DNA from: Phycisphaerae bacterium | GTDB lineage: Bacteria > Planctomycetota > Phycisphaerae > UBA1845 > Fen-1342 | Reading direction: 5' to 3' | NCBI GenBank assembly: GCA_963666925.2 | Contig: CAXXTC010000006.1 | Location: 1-64,000, forward strand | DNA: 64,000 nucleotides | In this document: positions 11,301-19,172 of the stretch, in pieces | Numbering within the stretch: the first letter of the stretch is position 1 | Layout: every line of letters starts with the position of its first letter | The notes under the pieces: model-generated | The model's input: the letters and a program-made list of their open reading frames with translations, nothing else | What the model was told of the DNA's origin: nothing | Database searches by the model: none | Translations under genes and position numbers: made by a program

Positions 11301-11467
11301 TCCGCCGACGCACCGGGATAGAAAGCCTCGATCGCAATCGAGGGCGGGGCAATGGCGGGATACTGCGATATCGGCAGGTTGTAGATCGCAAGCCCCCCGG
11401 CCACCATCAGGATAATGGCAATGACCCACGCGAAAACCGGACGTTCCAGAAAGAAATTCGAGAGCAC
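8324..11467 (-). CDS. RND efflux pump inner-membrane subunit (AcrB/MexB family)
   Basis: MLSNFFLERPVFAWVIAI, AIGLLVDDAIVVVENVER, KNAILII, RFRPVIMTSLAF; 1047 aa. Confidence 0.97.
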   Translation of the reverse strand: MLSNFFLERPVFAWVIAIILMVAGGLAIYNLPISQYPAIAPPSIAIEAFYPGASAETVENSVTQIIEQKMTGFDDMLYLSGTSDSAGASRIELTFKPGTDPDLAWAKVQNKLQLAMASLPDVVQRQGLKVSKSTRNYLIIVGLVSEDGSMNGDDLRDFAQSNLEKVLARVPGVGEVENFGSQYAMRVWLNPDRLTDYGLTIEDVIAAMRSYNVEVSAGQFGGAPAVPGQRLNVSIIVQNLLETPEEFAAIPLRINPDGSIIRVSDVGWTELGTEVYDIVAHHNGKPSAGMAIRQAPGANALDTADAIKAKLEEMSAYFPPGMKVFYPYDTTPFIEVAIDEVVKTLFEAIGLVFLVMWLFMGNIRATLIPTIAVPVVLLGTFAVLGLFGFSINMLTMFAMVLAIGLLVDDAIVVVENVERIMAEEGLSPREATSKSMGQITSALIGIGLVLAAVFGPMAFFGGSTGVIYRQFSVTIIASMLLSVVVALILTPVLCASLLKPVPKGHEPAENAIFFLRPFFLLFDRVFFWIRDRYVGLVGHSLVKKLRYLFIYVLLVGGIGYMFMRLPTDYLPDEDQGILLCQILLPTGSTQEQTTAVANRVRTYFEENEEEAVESCFTIAGMGFSGRAQNNGMVFVRLKDWALRDRPDLRAGAIAGRAMGAFSQTRDAVIYAFPPPAVIELGVATGFDLQLMDRGGLGHAALMNARNQLLGMAAQDSRVVKVRPNGMEDVPEYRIDVDWERAGAQSLPIGSINNTIAAAFGSAYVNDFVQGGRVKRVYVQADAPYRMLPKDLEKLYVRNTAGRMVPFPSFASGYWAYGSPRLERFNGFPSMNIQGEPAPGRSSGEAMQAMEDIVAKLPRGIGYDWTGLSYQERMATAQGPILYAFSILVIFLCVAALYESWTIPIVNLLMLPLGVFGALLATTLRELPNDVYFQIGFLTTLGLSTKNAILIIQFIKEQMRHGLGLKEATLAAVRIRFRPVIMTSLAFFFGTLPLAIASGAGAGAMNAIGTAVTGGMLSATFIDLVFIPLFFVLVSSLFGRKRAQAVPA

Positions 11468-11479
11468 TGCAACACTCCC

Positions 11480-12682
11480 TTAGTCTGCGCTCGGGCTTGG
11501 CTGACTGGACGTTTCCGACTTCCCGTCACCTGGCTGGTCATCGAACAACGCCACGCGCACGGCACTGCCGGGACGCACCCGCTGGAGCCCCTCGACAATC
11601 AGGCGATCACCCTCAGACAGGCCGTCAGACACCAGCCAGCGATTGCCGATGGCACGCGCCAGCGTAACCACCACCTGCTGAACCACGTTTTCCTGGTCCA
11701 CGACCAGGGCGACGGGCTGCCCCTTGGTGTTTCGGCTGATGCCCTGCTGAGGCACCATGATGGCGCGCTCCGCGGTACCCTCAAGCACGGTTGCCCAGGC
11801 AAACATGCCGGGCATGAGAAGCTTATCCGGGTTGGGGAAGACCAGTCGTAGCGTGTACGCACCGGTCGTCGGGTCCACGGTGATGTCGCGGAACTCCAGT
11901 TGCCCCTCGTGTGGATACGGCGTCCCGTCGCCGAGGACCAGACGCACCGTCCGGAGGGCCTTCTCATCCGCAACGAGCCGGCCTTCTTCCCAGTGCCGCT
12001 TCAGGCGCAGAAGTTCCGTCGAGGACTGCTGCACGTCGACGTAAATCGGGTCGAATTGTCGAATCGTAGCCAGCGCTACCGGCTGGTTCGCAGTCACCAG
12101 TGCGCCGACCGTCACATCGGACTTACCAATGCGCCCGGAGATGGGCGCCACGATGCGCGTATAGGACAGGTCGATGCGAGCGCTTTCCAGTTGGGCCGCG
12201 CGCAAGGCAACGGTGGCCTCGCCCTGTGCTAGGGCCGCCACCGCCTCGTCATAATCCTGCTCGCTCACGGCGCTGCTCTTGAGCGCCTTGGTCAAGCGCT
12301 CCACCCGCGCTCGCAGGGCCGGCACGTTGGCCCGCGCAACTGCGAGCGCTGCCTCCGCCTGATCATAAACCGCCTGGTAGCGGGGCGGATCGATCTGATA
12401 GAGCAGGTCGCCAGCGTTGACGTCCTGTCCTTCTTCGAAATGGCGTGACTGGATAATACCGCTCACCTGCGGCCGCAAGTCTGCCACCAAGTACGCCGAC
12501 GCCCGCCCCGGCAAGTCAGTCGTCAGCAGCACCGGCTCCGGCGCGATGACCACCACGGCCACCTCCGGCGGCTCCTGAGGGCCCGGGCCCATTGCGGGCG
12601 GCTGCGACTCGCATCCCCACAAGGCTAATGCTGCCAGCAGCAATGCGACGCCCCGGAACCTGTGCCGATTGTGTCTCACCAT
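11480..12682 (-). CDS. RND periplasmic adaptor (AcrA/MexA family lipoprotein)
   Basis: Lipobox ALWGC, RPQVSGII, APISGRIG, DPIYVD, VDPTTG; GGAGAG RBS before ATG 12682. Confidence 0.95.
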   Translation of the reverse strand: MVRHNRHRFRGVALLLAALALWGCESQPPAMGPGPQEPPEVAVVVIAPEPVLLTTDLPGRASAYLVADLRPQVSGIIQSRHFEEGQDVNAGDLLYQIDPPRYQAVYDQAEAALAVARANVPALRARVERLTKALKSSAVSEQDYDEAVAALAQGEATVALRAAQLESARIDLSYTRIVAPISGRIGKSDVTVGALVTANQPVALATIRQFDPIYVDVQQSSTELLRLKRHWEEGRLVADEKALRTVRLVLGDGTPYPHEGQLEFRDITVDPTTGAYTLRLVFPNPDKLLMPGMFAWATVLEGTAERAIMVPQQGISRNTKGQPVALVVDQENVVQQVVVTLARAIGNRWLVSDGLSEGDRLIVEGLQRVRPGSAVRVALFDDQPGDGKSETSSQPSPSAD

Positions 12683-12738
12683 CTGTGGGTCTCTCCGAAT
12701 CGAGCGCGATGAGAATCGTCGTTTCAATGTCATTACCG

Positions 12739-14469
12739 TCAGTCTTGTTCCGGCCCTGCCGGCGACCCTTCTGCCGGCGCTGCGGCACCCGGGTCAACCA
12801 CCCAGGGCAGCGTCGACCTGCCGCCGGAAAGGAAATACTCCAGCGGGTCCACAAGCGCCTCCGACTCGGCATCCAGATACAGCGCTTGCGGCATGTATTC
12901 CGGCTCCCAGCCGCCCCCGAGGGCCTTGTAGAGCGCCACCAGGTTGATGGCGACCTGCCCGCGACTCCGCGACAAAGCGTTCTCCAACGTGACCAGCGAG
13001 CGCTGCACATCGAGCACACTCTGAAAATCCGTCAACCCGTCGTCGTAGCGGACCTCGGCCAACTGTGCCGCTTGCCGGGCAGCGTCCACCGCCCGCCCCA
13101 GCGCGTCGTAACGGTCCTGCTCACGCTTGTAGGACACCATCGAACCTTCAACGTTCTCCAGCGCCAGCAGCAACGTTTGCTCATAAGCCACGTAGGCCTG
13201 GTGAACGACCGTTTCCTGGGCCGTGATCCGATTCAGGTTCCGCAGCCCGTCGAAGATATTCCATCGCACGGCCGGCCCCAGCCCGTACGTGACACTCCGC
13301 CCGTCGAGCGCATGATCGAAATCCGTCGCCTGAAACCCGAACGTCCCCGACAGCGTGAAACGCGGATACAGGTCGGCCGCGGCCACACCAATCCGCGCCG
13401 TCTGCGCCGCCAGCCGGCGTTCGGCCGCTCGGAGGTCCGGCCGGCGGCGAATGATGTCAGCAGGAATCCCCACGCAGACCTCGGTCGTTACCTGGGGGAT
13501 CGGCCCTTCCGCGGACAGCTCGTCATACAAAGCGGCCGGCGCGCGCCCCAGCAATACCCCGAGCCTATGAATCGCCAGCGCCCGCCCCGCCTCCAGAACG
13601 GGCAGTTCCGACTCCGTCGTGGCGAGCACGGTCTGCGCCTGGTGCACGTCCAGTTCCGATGTGAGCTGCGCATCAAACCGGCTCTGAGTCAGCGAAAGAG
13701 TCTCTTTCTGTAGTGCGATGTTCCGCCGGGTGGATTCGATCTGGCTTTGCAAGGCACGTAGGTCGATGTACGTCGTCGCCACTTCGGCCAGCAGGCTCAC
13801 CAGCACGCCGCGATAGTCCTCAACGGTTGCGGCCAGGTCAGCGTCAGCAGCTTCCACGTTGCGCCGCCTGCCGCCGAACACGTCGATTTCCCAGGACGCG
13901 TCGAAACCGCTCGTGAAGAGATCCGAATCGTCGGTTCCCGGCGGGCCGGTGTGGGTTGGCATCGACCCGACCAATCCGGTCGCCAGCGGCGTCGTCACGC
14001 CGCTGGCGTTGGGAACGGCCGTCGCCAAACCCTGCGACAGGGCGCTGGTCGCGACACCACCGGCAACAGTGCTGCTGAACTGTGTGCCGGCACTCGGAAC
14101 CGATGGGCCAGCCAGCGGCCCGTTCGCGCTCGACTTGGAACGGTTGTAGCTGGCGCTGCCACTGAGCGCCGGCAGCAATGCCCCGACGGCGACCCCACGC
14201 AGCGCCCGGGCCTCGCGAATACGCAGCACGGCCAGACGGAGGTCGCGATTCCCATGAACGGCCCGGTCGATCAGGCTGGAAAGCGTGTCGTCGTGGAAGG
14301 TCTGCCACCACTCCCCCAAGTCCGCCTCGCCAGCCGCCAGTCCGTTCACCGCCTCTTCGTGCCAACTTTCCGGCACCCGGGGCTCAGGCGCGTGGTACTC
14401 CGGCCCGACGGCACAGCCCGGCAACATGCAGGCCAGAACCAGGGCCGTGAACGCGAACCGTTGTTTCAT
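12739..14469 (-). CDS. RND outer-membrane factor (NodT/OprM family lipoprotein)
   Basis: Lipobox LPGC-AVGPEY, WWQTFHD, ASWEIDVFGG, RRPDLRAAERRL, LYKALGGGW. Confidence 0.95.
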   Translation of the reverse strand: MKQRFAFTALVLACMLPGCAVGPEYHAPEPRVPESWHEEAVNGLAAGEADLGEWWQTFHDDTLSSLIDRAVHGNRDLRLAVLRIREARALRGVAVGALLPALSGSASYNRSKSSANGPLAGPSVPSAGTQFSSTVAGGVATSALSQGLATAVPNASGVTTPLATGLVGSMPTHTGPPGTDDSDLFTSGFDASWEIDVFGGRRRNVEAADADLAATVEDYRGVLVSLLAEVATTYIDLRALQSQIESTRRNIALQKETLSLTQSRFDAQLTSELDVHQAQTVLATTESELPVLEAGRALAIHRLGVLLGRAPAALYDELSAEGPIPQVTTEVCVGIPADIIRRRPDLRAAERRLAAQTARIGVAAADLYPRFTLSGTFGFQATDFDHALDGRSVTYGLGPAVRWNIFDGLRNLNRITAQETVVHQAYVAYEQTLLLALENVEGSMVSYKREQDRYDALGRAVDAARQAAQLAEVRYDDGLTDFQSVLDVQRSLVTLENALSRSRGQVAINLVALYKALGGGWEPEYMPQALYLDAESEALVDPLEYFLSGGRSTLPWVVDPGAAAPAEGSPAGPEQD

Positions 14470-14608
14470 CCTCGATACCTCAGCGTTCTCGATCACTAAG
14501 CGTCGACCACGTGCCCGAACAGCCAGCCGCAAATTGTACTGGGCCAATCGCACCGCCACAGCCCGCGTCTTACTGCACTCACGCTACATCCCCAGGCATT
14601 CAAACAGA

Positions 14609-14686
14609 ATTTTAACTACCCCTCGACCAATGTCAAACAGCGATTTCAAAGTTTTGTTTGACGACGCCCCCAAACATGCCTATTCT
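14609..14686. promoter_or_regulatory. Back-to-back sigma70 promoters with an overlapping inverted repeat (candidate TetR operator)
   Basis: Minus: TTGACA (14636-14631)-16-TAAAAT (14614-14609). Plus: TTGACG (14658-14663)-17-TATTCT (14681-14686). Inverted repeat GTCAAACA-N15-TGTTTGAC (14632-14662). Confidence 0.65.
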
Positions 14687-14740
14687 AGTCATAGGCGCCG
14701 CCCCAATTCTGGCCGGCCAACGCCACCAGGTGAGTGCCCG

Positions 14741-15460
14741 ATGAATGAAACCAGTAATGTCAACGGCTCAGCTACCCGAGAGAAGTTGTTTGAGGCTGCC
14801 GGGGAAATCTTCGCCGAAAAAGGACTGCACGGTACGACGATTCGCGACATCACCCAGCGCGCCGGCGCCAACATCGCTTCGGTCAACTATCACTTCCAGG
14901 ACAAGTTCAACCTCTACACCGAGGCGCTCCGCCGCGCTCACGGGAGCATGCTCACCGCCACCAGTATGCCGCTCACGGCCGACACCCCGGAGGGCCGCCT
15001 ACGCGAGATGATATCGGCCGGACTAACAGCGGCGCTCGATCCGGCCCGCCCCAAGTGGCAAGTCCAGTTGCTCAGCCGCGAACTCGCCCAGCCCACGCCG
15101 GCGCTCGATCTGACAGACGATCTCATGCGTCCCGCATCGCAGCGCCTGTGGAACATCATGCGTGAGATTCGCCCGGACCTCCCGGACCAACAGCTTATGC
15201 TCGCCGCGACCGGCGTCGCGGCGCGGTTCGTGTTCCACGTTTATCACGCACACCTCGCTCGGCGGATGTTCCCCGACGTAGACGTACCCGATACCCAAAC
15301 GCTCGCAGAACACGTCGCGGATTCCACGCTCGCCGCGCTGCGCGGCCTGCCGGCAACACCCGCTCGAACGCGCCCGGGCAGCGCCGCCGGCAAACGTGCG
15401 TCCGCCAAGAAAGGTCCCGGACGGACACGCCAGCGCAGAAAGGAGCGGGACGCGAAATAG
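14741..15460 (+). CDS. TetR-family transcriptional regulator (CecR/YbiH-like), divergent from the efflux operon
   Basis: TREKLFEAAGEIFAEKGLHGTTIRDITQRAGANIASVNYHFQDKFNLY HTH; basic C-terminal tail. Confidence 0.93.
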   Translation: MNETSNVNGSATREKLFEAAGEIFAEKGLHGTTIRDITQRAGANIASVNYHFQDKFNLYTEALRRAHGSMLTATSMPLTADTPEGRLREMISAGLTAALDPARPKWQVQLLSRELAQPTPALDLTDDLMRPASQRLWNIMREIRPDLPDQQLMLAATGVAARFVFHVYHAHLARRMFPDVDVPDTQTLAEHVADSTLAALRGLPATPARTRPGSAAGKRASAKKGPGRTRQRRKERDAK

Positions 15461-15596
15461 GCCCTGAAATGTCCGGGCACAATAACAAACGCCGCTCTGA
15501 TCTCGGGCCGGCTGCGTCGGCGCACGTGTCTCCCCCCCGCACGTCCCGACCGCCGGCCCACTTGTTATCCCCCAACCACCGGCAACGGATAACCGC

Positions 15597-16397
15597 GTGA
15601 CACCGACACCAACTCACAACTCGCCCACACACAGCCGCCGCCCGCGGCGTATCATCTCACTGTGCCCATCATTCACCGAAACGCTGTTCACGCTCGGGCT
15701 CGGCGACCGAATCGTCGGCCGAACCGACTACTGCTGTCACCCGGAGCCGGCCATCACGAATATCCCCAGCCTGGGCGGCCCGAAGAGCATCCGCATCGAA
15801 CAAATCGACGCGCTCCGCCCGGACCTGATCGTGGCCGTGCGTGAGGAAAACCAGGAGGTGGCCGTCCGTACGCTCGCCACCCGCTGGCCCGTGCTCCTGC
15901 TCGACCCCGAAAGTGTCACTACTGCCATCGATTCAATCCGGCTGCTCGGCACGGCCACCGGCACCTCGTCAGCGGCCGACCGGCTGGCGGACCAGATTAC
16001 CCGCGCGTTCGACAGCTTGCCCGACGCGCGCGTCATCCCGATCGCCTATCTCGTCTGGAAAGACCCCTGCATGGTCGCCGGGCGTTCCACGTTTATCGAC
16101 GACGTCCTGGCCCGGCTCGGGCTGGTCAACGTGGCACGCTCACTCGCCGGCCGTTACCCCGAGGTGACCACCCAGCAGCTCGCCAACCTGCAACCCCGAC
16201 TCCTGCTGGCTTCGTCCGAGCCTTTCCCCTTCAGTGAGCAGCACCTCGACGAGCTTCGCCGACTGATGCCGGGAACGGAGCCGGTGCTGGTGGATGGCGA
16301 GATGTTCGGCTGGTACGGCGCCCGCATGCTGGCGGCCGCCGACTATTTCAAACGCCTGATCCCCCAATTGATCGCCACCGCCGAAACGCGTCCCTGA
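15597..16397 (+). CDS. BtuF-like helical-backbone metal/cobalamin-binding protein
   Basis: RIISLCPSFTETLF, VGRTDYC, LRPDLI, EPFPF, VDGEMFGWYG. Confidence 0.85.
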   Translation: MTPTPTHNSPTHSRRPRRIISLCPSFTETLFTLGLGDRIVGRTDYCCHPEPAITNIPSLGGPKSIRIEQIDALRPDLIVAVREENQEVAVRTLATRWPVLLLDPESVTTAIDSIRLLGTATGTSSAADRLADQITRAFDSLPDARVIPIAYLVWKDPCMVAGRSTFIDDVLARLGLVNVARSLAGRYPEVTTQQLANLQPRLLLASSEPFPFSEQHLDELRRLMPGTEPVLVDGEMFGWYGARMLAAADYFKRLIPQLIATAETRP

Positions 16398-16436
16398 GCG
16401 GCCGATCACCGAGCCCGCCAAACTCACCTGGCCCCC

Positions 16437-17522
16437 CTACCTCCCCTGGATCCACTCCTCCAGCCGGTCGCAAGCGACCGGGTCGCGCATCTGTTCCGGC
16501 GGGTGCTTCATCGTTACGGCCGAAACTTCCGTCAGCGGGCCGGCGATGCCGCGATCCAGCGCCAGCTTCGCACAGCGGATCGCGTCGATCCCCATTCCCG
16601 CGCTGTTCGGCGAGTCCTCGACGCTCAGCCGCATTTCGAGGTTCATCGGCACGTCGCCAAACCCGCGCCACTCCATCCGCAGGAAGCAAACCTTGTTGTC
16701 CTTCTGCCACGGGACGAAATCTGACGGGCCAACGTAGATGTTCTCCTCCGCCAGCGGCTCATCCAGTTGCGACTGCACCGCCTCGGTCTTCGAGATCCGC
16801 TTTGAACGCAGCCGCGACCGCTCCAGCATGTTCAGAAAATCTGTGTTCCCGCCGGTGTTGAGCTGGTACGTCCGATCCATTTTCACGCCGCGATCGCCCA
16901 TCAGCCGGGTCAACATGCGATGTACGATCGTCGCGCCGAATTGGCTCTTGATGTCGTCCCCCACCACCGGCAACCCCCGTTTGGCAAACTCCGCCGACCA
17001 TTCCGGGTGCGACGCTATGAATACCGGCACACAATTAACCAGCGCCACCCCGGCGTCCAGGCAAACCTGCGCATAGTGCTTGACCGCGTCCTCCGACCCC
17101 ACCGGCAGATAGCACACCATCACCTCGGCCCCCGACTCACGCAGCACGCGGGCCACGTCGCACGGCTCCTGGTCCGCCACTCGGAACGCCACCCCGTCCG
17201 CATACTCCCCCATGTGACCAGCCACACCATCCAGTACCGGGCCCATCTGCACCGTCACGCCATAGTCCGGCAGCTCCCGGTGAAAGACGGCCGTACAGTT
17301 CGGCGGAGCAAACGCCGCCTCCTGAAGCGGCAGCCCAACCTTGCGCCGGTCGACGTCAAACGCCGCCACGACCTGCAAATCCTGGATCCGATAGCCCCCG
17401 ATCTCCTCGTGCAGCAAGCCGGCCGAGTCGAGCGACACCGGCCGCTGGTAATACTCGATGCCCTGGAGCAACGAGCAAGCGCAGTTACCGACGCCTGCAA
17501 TCGCCAGCTTAATCTGCGCCAC
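16437..17522 (-). CDS. ino1: Myo-inositol-1-phosphate synthase
   Basis: GVGNCA, YLPVGSE, GDDIKSQFGAT, YQLNTGGNTDFLNM, EDSPNSAG. Confidence 0.95.
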   Translation of the reverse strand: MAQIKLAIAGVGNCACSLLQGIEYYQRPVSLDSAGLLHEEIGGYRIQDLQVVAAFDVDRRKVGLPLQEAAFAPPNCTAVFHRELPDYGVTVQMGPVLDGVAGHMGEYADGVAFRVADQEPCDVARVLRESGAEVMVCYLPVGSEDAVKHYAQVCLDAGVALVNCVPVFIASHPEWSAEFAKRGLPVVGDDIKSQFGATIVHRMLTRLMGDRGVKMDRTYQLNTGGNTDFLNMLERSRLRSKRISKTEAVQSQLDEPLAEENIYVGPSDFVPWQKDNKVCFLRMEWRGFGDVPMNLEMRLSVEDSPNSAGMGIDAIRCAKLALDRGIAGPLTEVSAVTMKHPPEQMRDPVACDRLEEWIQGR

Positions 17523-17687
17523 CGTGCAATCTCCTTCGCTTTAAGCGGTTCCGAACACACCCTTATCAATCCACACACAATTTAATCACCCCGTGCCGGG
17601 GTCGCAAGCTCTCTCTGAACTGCACGCATCAGCCGACCCACTGGCTGAAAAACCGATGCCACACGGGGTCGCCGATCGCCACGTATG

Positions 17688-18881
17688 CTACCCCCGCAGC
17701 GTCCCGGCCTCCGCTACCGTCCCACACCGGCCAACCGTCTCGCGTAGCGCCGCAACCACCGCGGCAACATCATCTTCCGTCGTGAATGGCCCCATCGACA
17801 GCCGCGTCGTCCCGCCGTCTTCCAGCGTGCCGATCGTACGATGCGCCAGCGGCGCACAATGCAGCCCGCTACGCGACAACACGTCGTAGCGCGTCTCGAG
17901 AATCGCCGACAGTTCCGCCGGCTCCAGCCCCCCTACCCGCACACTGAACACGCCCACCCGATCAGAAACCTGCCGCGGACCATACAGCCGCAATCCTTCG
18001 ATTCCCTCCAGCCCGCTCAGCATCTGTGTGCACAGCGCCTGCTCATGCTCGCGCAGCGCCGCCAGGCCGCGTTCCAGGATCCACTCCACCCCCGCACGCA
18101 GACCGGCCAGGCCGACCGCATTATGGCTCCCCGCCTCGAACCGATCCGGCAGCTCCGCCGGCTGCTCGGCTCGCTCGCTCTCCGAACCCGTGCCCCCTTC
18201 GCGTACCGTCTGCATCAGCTCTTCAACCCCCGCACGAATCAGCAGCACGCCCGTCCCCAGCGGGCCCAGCAGCCCCTTGTGACCCGGACAGGCCAGCAGA
18301 TCGAGCCCCCAGCCCGCGAAATCAATCGGCACGTGACCGGCCGACTGGGCCGCATCGACCATAAACAGAACGCCCCGCAACCGGCACAGCTCCGCAATCT
18401 CCGCGATCGGCTGCAACACGCCCGTCACGTTACTCGCCTGGTTCACCACGACCAGCCGCGTCTCGGGTCGAATGGCGTTCCCCACCGCCTGCGGATCGAG
18501 CAGGGTCGTCTCCGGATCGACGGCGACCGCCGTCCACGACACCCCCACCTGCTCCTGAAGCGCACTCAGCGGCCGAAGAACCGAATTGTGATCCACCGCC
18601 GTCGTGACGACATGATCGCCGGCCCGAACCACCCCCTTGATAGCCAGATTGAGCGCATCCGTGCCGTTCAACGTGAAAATGACCTGATCATCAACGCCGG
18701 CTCGGAGCAAACGCCCCACCGCAGATCGGCACCCGTCCAGAACCTCCCGCGACGCCTGCGCCTCCCGGTACGCTCCCCTCCCGGCACTGGCATGTATGTT
18801 CGCGAAGTAATCCTGCACTGCCGCCGCCACCCCCGTCGGCTTCGGATAGCTCGTCGCCGAATTGTCGAAATAGCGTCGCAT
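17688..18881 (-). CDS. Cysteine desulfurase-family PLP enzyme (aminotransferase class V)
   Basis: YFDNSATSYPKP, HNSVLRP, DAAQSAG, PGHKGLLGP, RSGLHCAP. Confidence 0.92.
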   Translation of the reverse strand: MRRYFDNSATSYPKPTGVAAAVQDYFANIHASAGRGAYREAQASREVLDGCRSAVGRLLRAGVDDQVIFTLNGTDALNLAIKGVVRAGDHVVTTAVDHNSVLRPLSALQEQVGVSWTAVAVDPETTLLDPQAVGNAIRPETRLVVVNQASNVTGVLQPIAEIAELCRLRGVLFMVDAAQSAGHVPIDFAGWGLDLLACPGHKGLLGPLGTGVLLIRAGVEELMQTVREGGTGSESERAEQPAELPDRFEAGSHNAVGLAGLRAGVEWILERGLAALREHEQALCTQMLSGLEGIEGLRLYGPRQVSDRVGVFSVRVGGLEPAELSAILETRYDVLSRSGLHCAPLAHRTIGTLEDGGTTRLSMGPFTTEDDVAAVVAALRETVGRCGTVAEAGTLRG

Positions 18882-19072
18882 CAGTCCTTATTCATCCTAC
18901 GATTCGCATCAGCATAGCCGGCCCAAACATCCGGTGTCACCCACCGGCGAAACCGCGTTCACACACTCGACCCGGGGCGGACGTCCGCCCCGCCAAAGTA
19001 TACGCACTCCGCCCCCGCTGGCCCACCCCTTCGCCGCACAACCCGCCCCCCCGTCACCCACGCCCCCAGCAC

Positions 19073-19117
19073 AACAAAACGCCCGCGCCCCGGGTCAGTT
19101 CATCCCGAAGCGCGGGC
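19073..19117 (-). terminator. Intrinsic terminator after the S8 peptidase
   Basis: Minus strand GCCCGCGCTTCGGG-loop-CCCGGGGCGCGGGC followed by GTTTTGTT. Confidence 0.6.
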
Positions 19118-19172
19118 TCGTTTGGTCTTCACGCTCACGGGCCATAGCCCGTCAGCGTGCTATTGTCACTAA

